A stretch of 64,000 bases of DNA from Candidatus Eiseniibacteriota bacterium (lineage in GTDB: Bacteria > Eisenbacteria > RBG-16-71-46 > CAZAMP01), in contig OZ245046.1 in assembly GCA_965224245.1 (NCBI GenBank), positions 2,944,001 to 3,008,000 of the forward strand. The letters run 5' to 3'. Under the pieces are notes generated by a model, which worked only from the letters and a program-made list of their open reading frames with translations, was not told the origin of the DNA and did not search any database. The position numbers and the translations under genes were made by a program. Positions 48,601-57,214 of this stretch are shown one piece after another. The first letter of the stretch is position 1. Every line of letters begins with the position of its first letter.

Positions 48601-49719
48601 GTCGAACGGGGACGGCGTGTAGTCGCTCGTCGCGTTCCCCTCGAGCTGGAGGCTGTCCATCACGCCCTCCGAGAAGTGCGCGACGGCGTCGTCACCGTAG
48701 GCGATCGTGCGCTCGCCGCGCTTCTGCCCGGTCTTGGGCTCCTGACGGACGATCACGCGTCCGTGCGCCTCGAGGCGCTCGATCTCCTGATTCCGGTGGA
48801 ACACGACGAGCGTGTCGGCGCGGATGTTCGCCACGGGGTCCCAGGCCTCGGGCGATCCGGTGAGCCGGACGTAGCCGGCGTCCTCGTCGAGGAGCGCGTG
48901 GTCGGCCCGCGCCTGCACGTCGCCCTGCCAGATCCGGACGGTGCGGAGCGCCTCGGCCCGGGCCGCCTGACGGGCCAGCCGGAGCTCCTCGGCCCGCACG
49001 CGGAGCGGCCGGGTGGTGCCGTCGCTCGTGGTCTGGAGGATGGGGTCGCCGGTGACGATGGTCAGGTCGGTGTCGGCGTTGTAGACCATGCGCTCGCCGG
49101 TCACGCGGGAGCCGGACTCGACGTCCCGGGCCACGACGTCCACGCGCGCCACCGCCACCCCCGACGCTCGGTCGTAGTCCAGGCGACGCGCCGTGATCGT
49201 GCCCACCGTGTCGGCCACCGTCACGTGCCCCCACATCCTGACACGCTCCTCGTCGCGCCACACGTGGGCGGTGTCGGCCTCCGCCCGGAAGAGGCCGTCG
49301 TGAGCGCGCACGTCGCCGACCAGCACCGCGAACGCGTTCCGGCGGTGGTAGACGAGGCTGTCGCAGCGGACGGTCGAGGAGCCCTCGACCAGGAGGACGT
49401 GCCCCACGAGCGTGGCGATCTCGCGCCGGTTGTCCCAGCGCCCGCGATCGGCGGTGACGGTGAGGGAGTCGTGCGTGATCCGGACGTCGACGAGCTCGCC
49501 GACGTCCGCAGCGCCGCGGGAGCCCCTGAACGTGTCGGCCTCGATCGTCCAGGATCGTTCCGAGCGCTGGGCGGCGAACACATCGCCGATCGCGCCGATC
49601 CAGAGCGCCGCCACCACGCCGAGGAGCGTCGCGCGCGCGCGACGCCTCGCACACGCGGCCCTCCGGGCACGGTCGCGCTCGGGGTGGCGGCGGTCGGTCG
49701 AACGAAGACGCTGGATCAT
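45673..49719 (-). CDS. lptD: LptD-like LPS assembly protein with multiple N-terminal LptA/OstA-like domains
   Basis: YSTCD..PHF, RRSG, RDLHCWE; repeated L.G.V/A jellyroll strands; signal peptide. Confidence 0.8.
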   Translation of the reverse strand: MIQRLRSTDRRHPERDRARRAACARRRARATLLGVVAALWIGAIGDVFAAQRSERSWTIEADTFRGSRGAADVGELVDVRITHDSLTVTADRGRWDNRREIATLVGHVLLVEGSSTVRCDSLVYHRRNAFAVLVGDVRAHDGLFRAEADTAHVWRDEERVRMWGHVTVADTVGTITARRLDYDRASGVAVARVDVVARDVESGSRVTGERMVYNADTDLTIVTGDPILQTTSDGTTRPLRVRAEELRLARQAARAEALRTVRIWQGDVQARADHALLDEDAGYVRLTGSPEAWDPVANIRADTLVVFHRNQEIERLEAHGRVIVRQEPKTGQKRGERTIAYGDDAVAHFSEGVMDSLQLEGNATSDYTPSPFDLALGTGANHADADRIRLLFHEGQVSTVILEGNATGRYWFAAENGTAPAVPDTAATAEPARDRARDRARDRGAADGIEPGEEEGSPATDEQRDTPPPDTDAGATPDTDAGTPPDADTGAMPGTDAGAMSGTDAGETADAGSGAAPPGDAGPPLGREASGPGAAPDSVSIGDALEPGRQSAGADSVSVLRLGDVFAAKPEPVVATPDSAVSDSVAWAARIAPLESVVPPDSLFPGGMDEVTYAAEEVTYDMTTRDLMLSDAASVQYQDAWLRAGRVVFDTRNQTIVASEEPSLEDPGGVVTGVAMDYDVEAKQGVVHHGKTELDGGYFQGRRIKKIDDETLYVESCKYSTCDRDDPHFHFLIPQVRIRLKDKVVGRPVVLHVADIPILAVPYFLFPIERGRRSGWLRFGYEIGIDDRRRYLRNVGYYWAFSDYADLSAWVDFEAPGFSGSRAQGPRWIGYLDTRYKLTHAFEGAVYTSLSAEGPPRERFYTDAEPRSRDWEFRARHAQDLGPDQTLTVDANFVSSSRFLLDQGLGENIEQQVDRVLTSNLAYSRRWTGASLGLNLSRTQDLEADSGRVAVTNTLPTVSFSLSQRPIGREASGRDGGFLPLLSTMRWGYAFRASRIEQEIEEGPASAAFAARHNVDVSDNRSLGPLAVSPRFSYSEFLFDEDNRGEKWQRAGRWSAGARTSTTVYGTFNRRVGPIVALRHVMQPAATFTYTPENTAGSYVDDDGIRRSRFPSVGGISFGGSSLSRRLSLTLNNSFDARLASGEDEPRTVKDFMSINLSSGYDFEDDEQPWSPITASGRLRPHRLFNLDFSGTQGVYGEGLTSLSISGNLSLSGKTAGALPAGSDFLAEDVSDVPERRRDLLGDRERAQPGLPWAATLRATYRRGADPSNYTSTANGSFTVPVTPKWSVRYNLSADLRETEVTSSTLSIVRDLHCWEARFSRQLLGSAVSYQFWIGVKALPEIFYEQEG
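48200..48316. repeat. About 5 imperfect 24-bp coding repeats (PDTDAGAT-like)
   Basis: Visible in DNA and protein. Confidence 0.75.
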
Positions 49720-49912
49720 GCGGCCATCTACGCTTCGAGGTGTCGGTCGATCGAGACGCGGGGGTCCGCGCCGTCGGACGGAGCGCGAGCGCTGGGACGA
49801 TACCCGGCCGGGGCCCAGAGCGCGACCCTCCTCGACACCGCACCGGTGAGACGCGTCGATCCCGCTGCCGGTTCCGCACCGTCGAAGGCGCGGCCCGCTC
49901 CGCCGGGCCGCC

Positions 49913-50857
49913 TCAGCGGACCGCGAACTCGTTCGCGTACATCGCCGCGCCGATCGCGCCGGCCTCGGCTCCGAACGCGGACGGCACCACACGCGGCTTC
50001 TGATCGGTGGGCGCCATCGTGTGCGCGTGCACCGCCTCGGCGACCGGCCCGAGCAGCACGTCCCCCGCGCGGGCCACACCCCCACCGATCACCACGCGAT
50101 CGACGCTCAGGAGATTGCAGACCCCGGCGAGCGCGATGCCGAGGATGCGCCCGGTCTCGTCGAACGCCCTCCGCGCGGCCCAGTCGCCGCCGGCGGCGGC
50201 CTCGGCGATGCGCTTGGGGGTCAGCGCGTCGATCTCCGACCCGAGAATGCTCTCGGCGCCGCTCTCGACGAGACGCCGCGCCCGCTCCACGATCCGCGCG
50301 TTGCCCACGAACATCTCGAGACACCCCCGTCCACCGCACGGGCAGCGCGGCCCGTCCACGTCGACGCACATGTGACCGATCTCGCCCGCGGTGCCGAACG
50401 CACCCCCGAAGAGTCGACCGCCGGCCACGATGGCGCCGCCGACGCCGGTGCCGAGCGTGACGTACAGCCCGCACCGCGCGCCGTGCCCGGCGCCCAGCGC
50501 GGCCTCGCCGAACGCGAACGCGTCGGCGTCGTTGATCAGGGTGACCGGCAGGCCGGCGGCCTCGGCCAGGAGATCGCGCAGCGGCACGTCGCGCCAGCTC
50601 GGGAGATTCGGGGAGAGGCCGACGATGCCGCGCTCGACGTCGATGAGCCCGGCGCACCCGACCCCGATCGCGGTGGCCTCGGAGCCGGCGAGCTCGGCGA
50701 CCTCGGCCACGGCGGCGGCCAGCTCGGCGATCAGCCGGTCGACGTCCTCGCCGGAGCCGGTGGGCACGCTACGGGTCAGCCGGACCCCGTCCGCCGGCGC
50801 CATGGCGACCAGCTTCACGTGCGTGCCGCCGACGTCCATGCCGACGACGAGGCTCAC
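49913..50857 (-). CDS. ROK family sugar kinase
   Basis: DVGGT, NDAD, GTGVGG, GEIGH, CPCGGRGCLE. Confidence 0.92.
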   Translation of the reverse strand: MSLVVGMDVGGTHVKLVAMAPADGVRLTRSVPTGSGEDVDRLIAELAAAVAEVAELAGSEATAIGVGCAGLIDVERGIVGLSPNLPSWRDVPLRDLLAEAAGLPVTLINDADAFAFGEAALGAGHGARCGLYVTLGTGVGGAIVAGGRLFGGAFGTAGEIGHMCVDVDGPRCPCGGRGCLEMFVGNARIVERARRLVESGAESILGSEIDALTPKRIAEAAAGGDWAARRAFDETGRILGIALAGVCNLLSVDRVVIGGGVARAGDVLLGPVAEAVHAHTMAPTDQKPRVVPSAFGAEAGAIGAAMYANEFAVR

Positions 50858-52173
50858 GACGCGGCCCCCGACGGCGTCCGGCGAGCGCCCGCGGCGATCG
50901 GCGTCGCCCGCGGGATGATCGGCGCGATGCCCAGATCCGACATCGCCTGCCCGACCGTGAACAGCGATCCCGTCACGAGCACCGGCATCGTCGTCGGCGA
51001 CTCCGCGATCGCCGTCCGGACCGCTCGGCCCGGCACGGGCTCGACGAGACAGCGAAACCCGCGCGCCCGGCAGAGCTCGGCCATGTCCGCGGCCTCGAGA
51101 CGGCGCTCGGGGTGCCCGGGCGTGGTGACCACGAGGAGCTCGGCCCAGCCCGAGAGCACGTCCAGGACGGGATCGTGCGGCTTGTCGGCGAGCATGCCGA
51201 ACACCATCACCGGACGGAGGTCGCCGTACCGGGCCCTCCACAGCCGCTGGATGGCCGCAATGCCCGCCGCGTTGTGCGCGACGTCGAAGATGACGTCGCG
51301 GCCGTCGACCGGGCGCCGGTCGAACCGGCCGGGCCAGCGCGCGGTGGCCAGCCCGATCCGACGGGCCTCGTCGGGTACCTCGAACGCGGTGTCGCCGAGG
51401 CGATCGATCAGCGAGAGAGCCAGCGCGGCGTTCTCGGCCTGGTGGTCGCCGGGGAGCGAGAGCGCGTACCGGCGCCGATCGGGACCGAAGACGAGGCCGG
51501 TGTCGGTGGGCTCGAAGTCCGATCCGCGATCCACGAACGTAAGATCGGCGCCCCGTGCCAGCGCGATCGCCTGCAGGACCGCCCGCGCCGCGGGCTGCGT
51601 GGCGGTGGACACGACCGGCGCCCGCTTGATGATGCCGCCCTTCTCGCGCGCGATGTCCGCGATCGTGTCCCCGAGGATGCGCGTGTGCTCGAGACCCAGC
51701 GAGGCGATGGCCGAGCCGATCGGCTCGATCACGTTGGTGGCGTCGAGGCGCCCCCCGAGTCCGACCTCGAAGACCGCCACGTCGACGCCGGTCCGCGCGA
51801 ACGCCTCGAACGCCAGCATCGTCGTGGCCTCGAAGAACGAGGCGTCGACGCTCTCCAGCGCGGGGCGGATCTCGTCGAGGACGACGGCCAGCATTCCCTC
51901 GTCCGCCGGATCGCCGTTCACGCGAACGCGCTCGGCGAACGACACCAGGTGCGGCGACGTGTTGAGGCCGACGCGAAAGCCCGCCGCCTCGAGCATGGCC
52001 GCCAGGAACGCGGCGGTGGAGCCCTTGCCGTTGGTCCCGGCCACGTGGAGGCTCGCGTAGCGTCGCTCGGGATGGCCGAGCCGGTCGCAGAGCGCCACCA
52101 TGCGCTCGAGGTCGTACTTGATTCCCTGGCGGCGCAGCGACGTGATCGCGCGCTCGAACTCGGTGAGACTCAT
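50854..52173 (-). CDS. folC: Folylpolyglutamate/dihydrofolate synthase
   Basis: GTNGKGS, EVGLGGRLDATN, DVAHN. Confidence 0.95.
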   Translation of the reverse strand: MSLTEFERAITSLRRQGIKYDLERMVALCDRLGHPERRYASLHVAGTNGKGSTAAFLAAMLEAAGFRVGLNTSPHLVSFAERVRVNGDPADEGMLAVVLDEIRPALESVDASFFEATTMLAFEAFARTGVDVAVFEVGLGGRLDATNVIEPIGSAIASLGLEHTRILGDTIADIAREKGGIIKRAPVVSTATQPAARAVLQAIALARGADLTFVDRGSDFEPTDTGLVFGPDRRRYALSLPGDHQAENAALALSLIDRLGDTAFEVPDEARRIGLATARWPGRFDRRPVDGRDVIFDVAHNAAGIAAIQRLWRARYGDLRPVMVFGMLADKPHDPVLDVLSGWAELLVVTTPGHPERRLEAADMAELCRARGFRCLVEPVPGRAVRTAIAESPTTMPVLVTGSLFTVGQAMSDLGIAPIIPRATPIAAGARRTPSGAAS

Positions 52174-53036
52174 CCCTCGACCGTGGCTCCACCGCCCCCG
52201 GTCGTCGGGTTCGCTCGCTCGCGCGCGGACGCGAAGAACCCGAGCAGTCGCGCGAGGTTGTCGTGCATCTGACGCCGGTCGACGATCTGATCCACGTGTC
52301 CGTGCTCCAGGAGGAACTCCGAGCGCTGGAATCCCTCGGGCAGCTCCTGGTTGATCGTCTCGCGGATCACGCGCGGCCCCGCGAAGCCGACGAGCGCCCG
52401 CGGCTCGGCCAGGATCACGTCCCCGAGCGTGGCGTAGCTCGCGGTGACCCCACCGGTGGTCGGGTGCGTCAGGACCGAGATGTACGGAAGGCCTACGTCG
52501 CGCAGACGTCCGAGCATCGCGGAGGTCTTGGCCATCTGCATCAGCGAGAGGACGCCCTCCTGCATCCTGGCACCACCCGACGCCGACACGATGACGATCG
52601 GGCATCGCTCGGTCAGCGCGTCGTCGATGGCCCGCGCGATGCGCTCGCCGACGACCGACCCCATCGATCCGCCCATGAAGCTGAAGTCCATCACGGCCAT
52701 CGCCGTGCGGTGACCGCCGATGGTCGCCATCCCGGTGACCACGGCATCGGTGGCCGGTGACTTTTCGAGGGCCAGCTTCAGCCGTTCGGAGTACTTCTTG
52801 GAGTCCTTGAACTTGAGCGGGTCGGTGGAGCGCAGCTCGTCGTGGCGCGGCTCGAAGGAGTCGGGGTCGGTGAGGATCGCGACGAACTCGGTCGATCCGA
52901 TGCGGAAGTGATGCGCGCAGACCGGACACACCCACGACTGGCGCGCCAGCTCCTTGCGATACTGGATCTCGCCGCACCCGTCGCACTTGACCCAGGCGTC
53001 GCTGGTCGCATCGCTGCCGTTTCGGCTCGGTACCAC
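52170..53036 (-). CDS. accD: Acetyl-CoA carboxylase carboxyltransferase beta
   Basis: Zinc ribbon CDGC/CPVC, GGSMG, SGGARMQEG. Confidence 0.96.
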   Translation of the reverse strand: MVPSRNGSDATSDAWVKCDGCGEIQYRKELARQSWVCPVCAHHFRIGSTEFVAILTDPDSFEPRHDELRSTDPLKFKDSKKYSERLKLALEKSPATDAVVTGMATIGGHRTAMAVMDFSFMGGSMGSVVGERIARAIDDALTERCPIVIVSASGGARMQEGVLSLMQMAKTSAMLGRLRDVGLPYISVLTHPTTGGVTASYATLGDVILAEPRALVGFAGPRVIRETINQELPEGFQRSEFLLEHGHVDQIVDRRQMHDNLARLLGFFASARERANPTTGGGGATVEG

Positions 53037-53158
53037 GCTGACCTCCGCGGTTGCGCGCGCCGCGCGCGCCCCCCATCCCGACGCGGCGCATCTTACTAGA
53101 GCGGCCGCCGCCGTGTGTGGAAATTCCGGCCGCGCGGCCCGCGCGCCGCCGACGAGGC

Positions 53159-53635
53159 TCAGCCGTCTCCCAGCAGGAGATCGAACAGCAGCGCGTCCTC
53201 GCGGGACGGCTCGGTGTAGTAGCCTCGCCGCACCCCGACCTCGACGAATCCGAACGCCCGGTAGAGCGCGACCGCGGCCACGTTGGAGCGTCGCACCTCG
53301 AGCGTGACCCGGCGCTGACCCCGTGTCCGTGCCGTCGAGACGATCGCGGCGACCAGGTGCCGGCCGATTCCCGCCCGGCGACGGGCGTCGGCCACGGCCA
53401 CCTTGGCGAGCTGGGTCTCGTCCAGGACGTGCCAGGCGATGGCGTATCCGGCCACACCATCGGCGTCGGCGGCGACCAGACAGGAGGCCGTGGACGGGGG
53501 CTTCAGCGCCTCGCTGCGGAGTGCGGCCAGGCTCCACGGCGACCTGAACACGGCGGACTCGATGGCCGCCACCTCGGGCAGGTCACTCTCGCGCATCGTG
53601 CGAACCCGGACGCCGGATGCCGGGAACGGCGTCAC
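53159..53635 (-). CDS. rimI: RimI-type N-acetyltransferase
   Basis: LEVRRSNVAAVALY..GF..VGVRRGYY. Confidence 0.88.
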   Translation of the reverse strand: MTPFPASGVRVRTMRESDLPEVAAIESAVFRSPWSLAALRSEALKPPSTASCLVAADADGVAGYAIAWHVLDETQLAKVAVADARRRAGIGRHLVAAIVSTARTRGQRRVTLEVRRSNVAAVALYRAFGFVEVGVRRGYYTEPSREDALLFDLLLGDG

Positions 53636-55185
53636 CGCGGCGTGAGCACGCTGATCGGCAGCACCATCTCCTCCAGCGACACCCCACCGTGCTGGAACGT
53701 GTCGCGGAACTGCCGCTCGTAGCGGTTGAAGTTGTTCGGATAAACGAAGAAGTTGCTGTTCTTGGCCAGGATGTAGTGCTTGGTCGGCGAGTCGTCCGGA
53801 AGCATGTAGTCGCCGGGCCGGCGCACGTGTATCGCTCCCTTGGCGTCCACCTTCAGGTTGGATCCGTACTTGTACCGGAGGTTCGACGAGGCCTCGCGTC
53901 CGGCGTTCACCAGCGACCCCTTGTTCACGAGGATCGCGCCGTGATCGGTCGTGACGACGACCTTCGCGCCGACCGACGCGATCGTGCGCAGGGTGTCGTA
54001 GAGCGCCGAGTGCTCCAGCCAGGTCACCAGCATCTTGCGGAAGGCGGTCTCGTCGGGCGCCAGCTCCTGGAGGATGTCGGACTCCGAGCGCCCGTGCGCC
54101 ATGATGTCGAAGAAGTTGTACACGAGCGCCACGAAGTCCAGCGACCCGAAGGACGCGGCCTGCCGGCGCACCAGCGCGGACTCCTCCTGCGAGAACGCCC
54201 GCTGGTACTTCCACGATCCGAGCGACACGCCCTGCCGCCCCATGTTGGCCTCGAGGAGCTCTCGCTCGTGCCGATTGCGACTGCCCTCGGTGTGCGGATC
54301 CTCCACCCAGTAGTCGGGGTGATGGGCCACGATGTCGCGCGGGAACAGCCCCGCGAAGATCGAGTTGCGGGAGTACGGGGTCGCCGTGGGCAGGATGGAG
54401 TAGTACAGGCGCTCGTCGATCGTGAAGTGCCGCTCGATCAGGGGCCTCATGGCCAGCCAGTGATCGAGCCGCATGCAATCGATCAGGACGAACACCACGC
54501 GCTCGCCGTCTCGCAGCATGGGGAACACGACCTCGCTCATCAGGTCGGGACTCATCAGCGGACGCTCGTGCGACTGCACCCAGCCCGCGTAGTGCTCCTC
54601 GACGTAGCGGCAGAACAGGTCGTTGGCCTCGCGCTTCTGATCGAGGTGGCTGTCGCGCAGACCGGCGTCGGCGATGCGTGTCATCTCCAGATCCCAGGCG
54701 GCCAGGCGGGCGCCGATGGTGAGCCACGCCTCGGGCGTGTGCGCGTCCGCGATCGCGGACGAGACGTCGGCCAGGTGCCGCACGAAGTCGCGCGTGAGCG
54801 TGTCGCGCCGGATCCCCTCGCCCTCGAAGATGCGCTTGAGCGCCAGCAGGATCTGGCTGGGATTGACCGGCTTGATCAGGTAGTCGCGGATCTGCTGCCC
54901 GATCGCCTCGTCCATGATCTGCTCTTCCTCGCTCTTGGTGATCATGATGACGGGCAGCGTGGGGTTGGACTCCTTGATGACCGAGAGCGTCTCCAGCCCG
55001 TCCTTGCCGGGCATCATCTCGTCCAGGAGCACCGCATCGAATTCCTGAGCCTCGACGGACGAGATCGCGTCGTCGCCGTTGGAGACCGGCGTGACCTCGT
55101 AGCCCTTGCCCTCCAGGAACAGGATGTGGGGCCGGAGGAGATCGATCTCGTCGTCGGCCCAGAGGATCTTTTTTACAGGTTTCAT
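53632..55185 (-). CDS. PorX-like response regulator with PglZ domain
   Basis: WADDEID, LLDEMMPG, LPTATPYSRN, TDHG, FQHGGVS. Confidence 0.9.
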   Translation of the reverse strand: MKPVKKILWADDEIDLLRPHILFLEGKGYEVTPVSNGDDAISSVEAQEFDAVLLDEMMPGKDGLETLSVIKESNPTLPVIMITKSEEEQIMDEAIGQQIRDYLIKPVNPSQILLALKRIFEGEGIRRDTLTRDFVRHLADVSSAIADAHTPEAWLTIGARLAAWDLEMTRIADAGLRDSHLDQKREANDLFCRYVEEHYAGWVQSHERPLMSPDLMSEVVFPMLRDGERVVFVLIDCMRLDHWLAMRPLIERHFTIDERLYYSILPTATPYSRNSIFAGLFPRDIVAHHPDYWVEDPHTEGSRNRHERELLEANMGRQGVSLGSWKYQRAFSQEESALVRRQAASFGSLDFVALVYNFFDIMAHGRSESDILQELAPDETAFRKMLVTWLEHSALYDTLRTIASVGAKVVVTTDHGAILVNKGSLVNAGREASSNLRYKYGSNLKVDAKGAIHVRRPGDYMLPDDSPTKHYILAKNSNFFVYPNNFNRYERQFRDTFQHGGVSLEEMVLPISVLTPR

Positions 55186-55415
55186 ACCACCGCCGGGCTT
55201 CGCCCGCGCCGGTGGAACTGACCGGGGCGCGCGGGGTTACTGATGTCTGGTCGCGGGCGCCAGAGTAGGGAGACCGGGTTCGGCGGTCAACCGAAACCCG
55301 GATTTGGGGCGCTCGGTCACGATGCGTATACTTCGACCCGCGCGAGTTTGCTCCAGGCATCGACCGGAGCCTCGCGCGGCACTTTCCATCGGATTCTTCC
55401 CATCGGGGGTGTAGC

Positions 55416-56219
55416 GTGTTTCGTACGTGGGCAACCGTGAGCGTGATCTCCGTCGTGGCCTGGACCACGACGACCGAGGCCGACGCCGCCACCACCTGGC
55501 GCGAGTTCGGCGGACTCAAGATCATCGTCGGCGACAGCGTCGACACCGAGGGGCAGGTCTACGTGGCGCGTGGGCACTTCCTCGCGGCACCCAGCGGGTC
55601 GGAGCACGTCTACGTCCTCGCGCCCAAGGAGTACACGGTCCACCGTGTCCCGCGCTCCGCCCTCGAGACCACCGAGAAGGGCCCCGCACTGGACATCGAC
55701 GACAAGAGCGGGTTCACCTCGGTCGGCGTGCTCGAGAAGGACGCGGATGCCATGAAGTGGAGCGACGGCGAGCAGCGCTACTCGCTGTCGGCCAAGCCGC
55801 CGCTGATCGGTCGCGTCACGCTCGAGGAGCTCCTCGCTCACACCAAGAAGTACGACTTCGACATCGAGACGTACGAGCCACGCGCGGCAGCACTATCGGC
55901 GCTGGCCGGCGTCGAGACGCCGGTCGACATCGCCGTGGCCTTCGGCACGTGGTGCTCGGTTTGCGCACACTGGTTGCCCCACTTCATCAAGACCGTCCAG
56001 AGTGCGGACAATCCCAACCTGCGCGTGACCTACGTGTCGGTCAACGAGGATCTCGACCAGCCGGCCGATCTGATGAAGACGTACGCATTCGACGGCGTCC
56101 CCATCTTCTCGGTTCGCCGCGACGGCCAGGAGATCGGTCGCGTGACGGGCGAGGACCTCGAGGAGGATCCGGACGCGGTGCTGGAGCAGAGCCTTGCCGA
56201 CATCATCACCGGCAGCTGA
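55416..56219 (+). CDS. Exported thioredoxin-family protein
   Basis: Signal-like start; GTWCSVC; GVP cis-Pro; EIGR. Confidence 0.8.
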   Translation: MFRTWATVSVISVVAWTTTTEADAATTWREFGGLKIIVGDSVDTEGQVYVARGHFLAAPSGSEHVYVLAPKEYTVHRVPRSALETTEKGPALDIDDKSGFTSVGVLEKDADAMKWSDGEQRYSLSAKPPLIGRVTLEELLAHTKKYDFDIETYEPRAAALSALAGVETPVDIAVAFGTWCSVCAHWLPHFIKTVQSADNPNLRVTYVSVNEDLDQPADLMKTYAFDGVPIFSVRRDGQEIGRVTGEDLEEDPDAVLEQSLADIITGS

Positions 56220-56241
56220 CCCGACGAGCACGACGCCGTCG

Positions 56242-57162
56242 ATGACCGGTGTCGCCGTCGTGTGGATCGGGCATCTGGCCCGCCTCGCGCTGGCCCTCGT
56301 GTACCTGGCCGCCGTCGCCACCAAGTCCGTCGACGTCTCGTACTTCGCCGAGCAGATCGCCGAGTACGGTGTCACCCCGGCCGCGTGGGCGGTCTGGCAG
56401 GCGCCGTTGCTGCTGGCGCTGGAGCTCGTCATCGGCGTCGCGCTCGTGGTGAACTTCCGGCCGCGCCTGACGGTTCCGGCGGCCGCCGCGCTGATGCTCG
56501 TCTTCATCGGCGCGATCTCCATCGCCTGGTCCCGGGGCTACACCGGAGGCTGCGGCTGCTTCGGTGGCGCGGTGTACCGGACCCCCGCCGCGACGTTGCT
56601 CGAGGACGTGCTGTTCCTCGGGCTCGCCGGCCTCGCCTACCTCGGGGCCATCCGGCGTGAACGCGGCTCGACGCGGCACGGTGGCCACCGGTGGCAGGCG
56701 GTCGCGGTCCTTCTCGCCGTGGTGCTCGGACTCTCGGCACCGCGAGTGGCGCCGGCCATCGCGCCTCCGGGCTGGGCGACCGCCGGCGTAACCGGGGGAC
56801 GGTTCGATCACGTGGTGGTGGAGGAGGTCGACGCCAGGATCGATCACGGGGATCTGGTGCTTGCTCTTCTCGATCCGGCCGGCGACGAGTCGATCGCGGC
56901 GCTCGGCCCGGTCGGCGATCTCGTCGGCCTGGACGGCGTGCCGCCGGTGGTGGGGGTGTTCCAGGGCACGAACGAGGACATGGTGGGTGTGCTGTTCGAG
57001 CACGCGCCCGCGTTCGATCACATGGGACACGCGTCACGATCACAGCTCCGACGCTTCTACCGCGAGCTTCCGGTCGTGCTCGCGCTTCGCGACGGTGAGA
57101 TTCTCGCCGCCTGGCACGACACGATCCCGTCGGCCGAGGACATCGCGTCCGCGTACCGCTAG
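56242..57162 (+). CDS. MauE/DoxX-family redox membrane protein
   Basis: CGCFG motif, TM segments. Confidence 0.8.
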   Translation: MTGVAVVWIGHLARLALALVYLAAVATKSVDVSYFAEQIAEYGVTPAAWAVWQAPLLLALELVIGVALVVNFRPRLTVPAAAALMLVFIGAISIAWSRGYTGGCGCFGGAVYRTPAATLLEDVLFLGLAGLAYLGAIRRERGSTRHGGHRWQAVAVLLAVVLGLSAPRVAPAIAPPGWATAGVTGGRFDHVVVEEVDARIDHGDLVLALLDPAGDESIAALGPVGDLVGLDGVPPVVGVFQGTNEDMVGVLFEHAPAFDHMGHASRSQLRRFYRELPVVLALRDGEILAAWHDTIPSAEDIASAYR

Positions 57163-57214
57163 CCGCCGCCCGGAGCGCGGATGGCACCCGCTTCGTCGTA
57201 CCCGCCGCCGGATG

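Noticed and set aside
20683-50460. Very long ORFs such as 23910-26972, 41243-45406, 47065-50460 and 20683-23169
   Set aside because: Antisense or off-frame shadows of real genes; stop-poor because of high GC, with Arg/Pro-rich nonsense translations
49913-55546. Long N-terminal extensions of ROK, folC, accD and rimI in the ORF track
   Set aside because: They overlap upstream genes; RBS and ATGA/GTGA overlaps support the shorter starts
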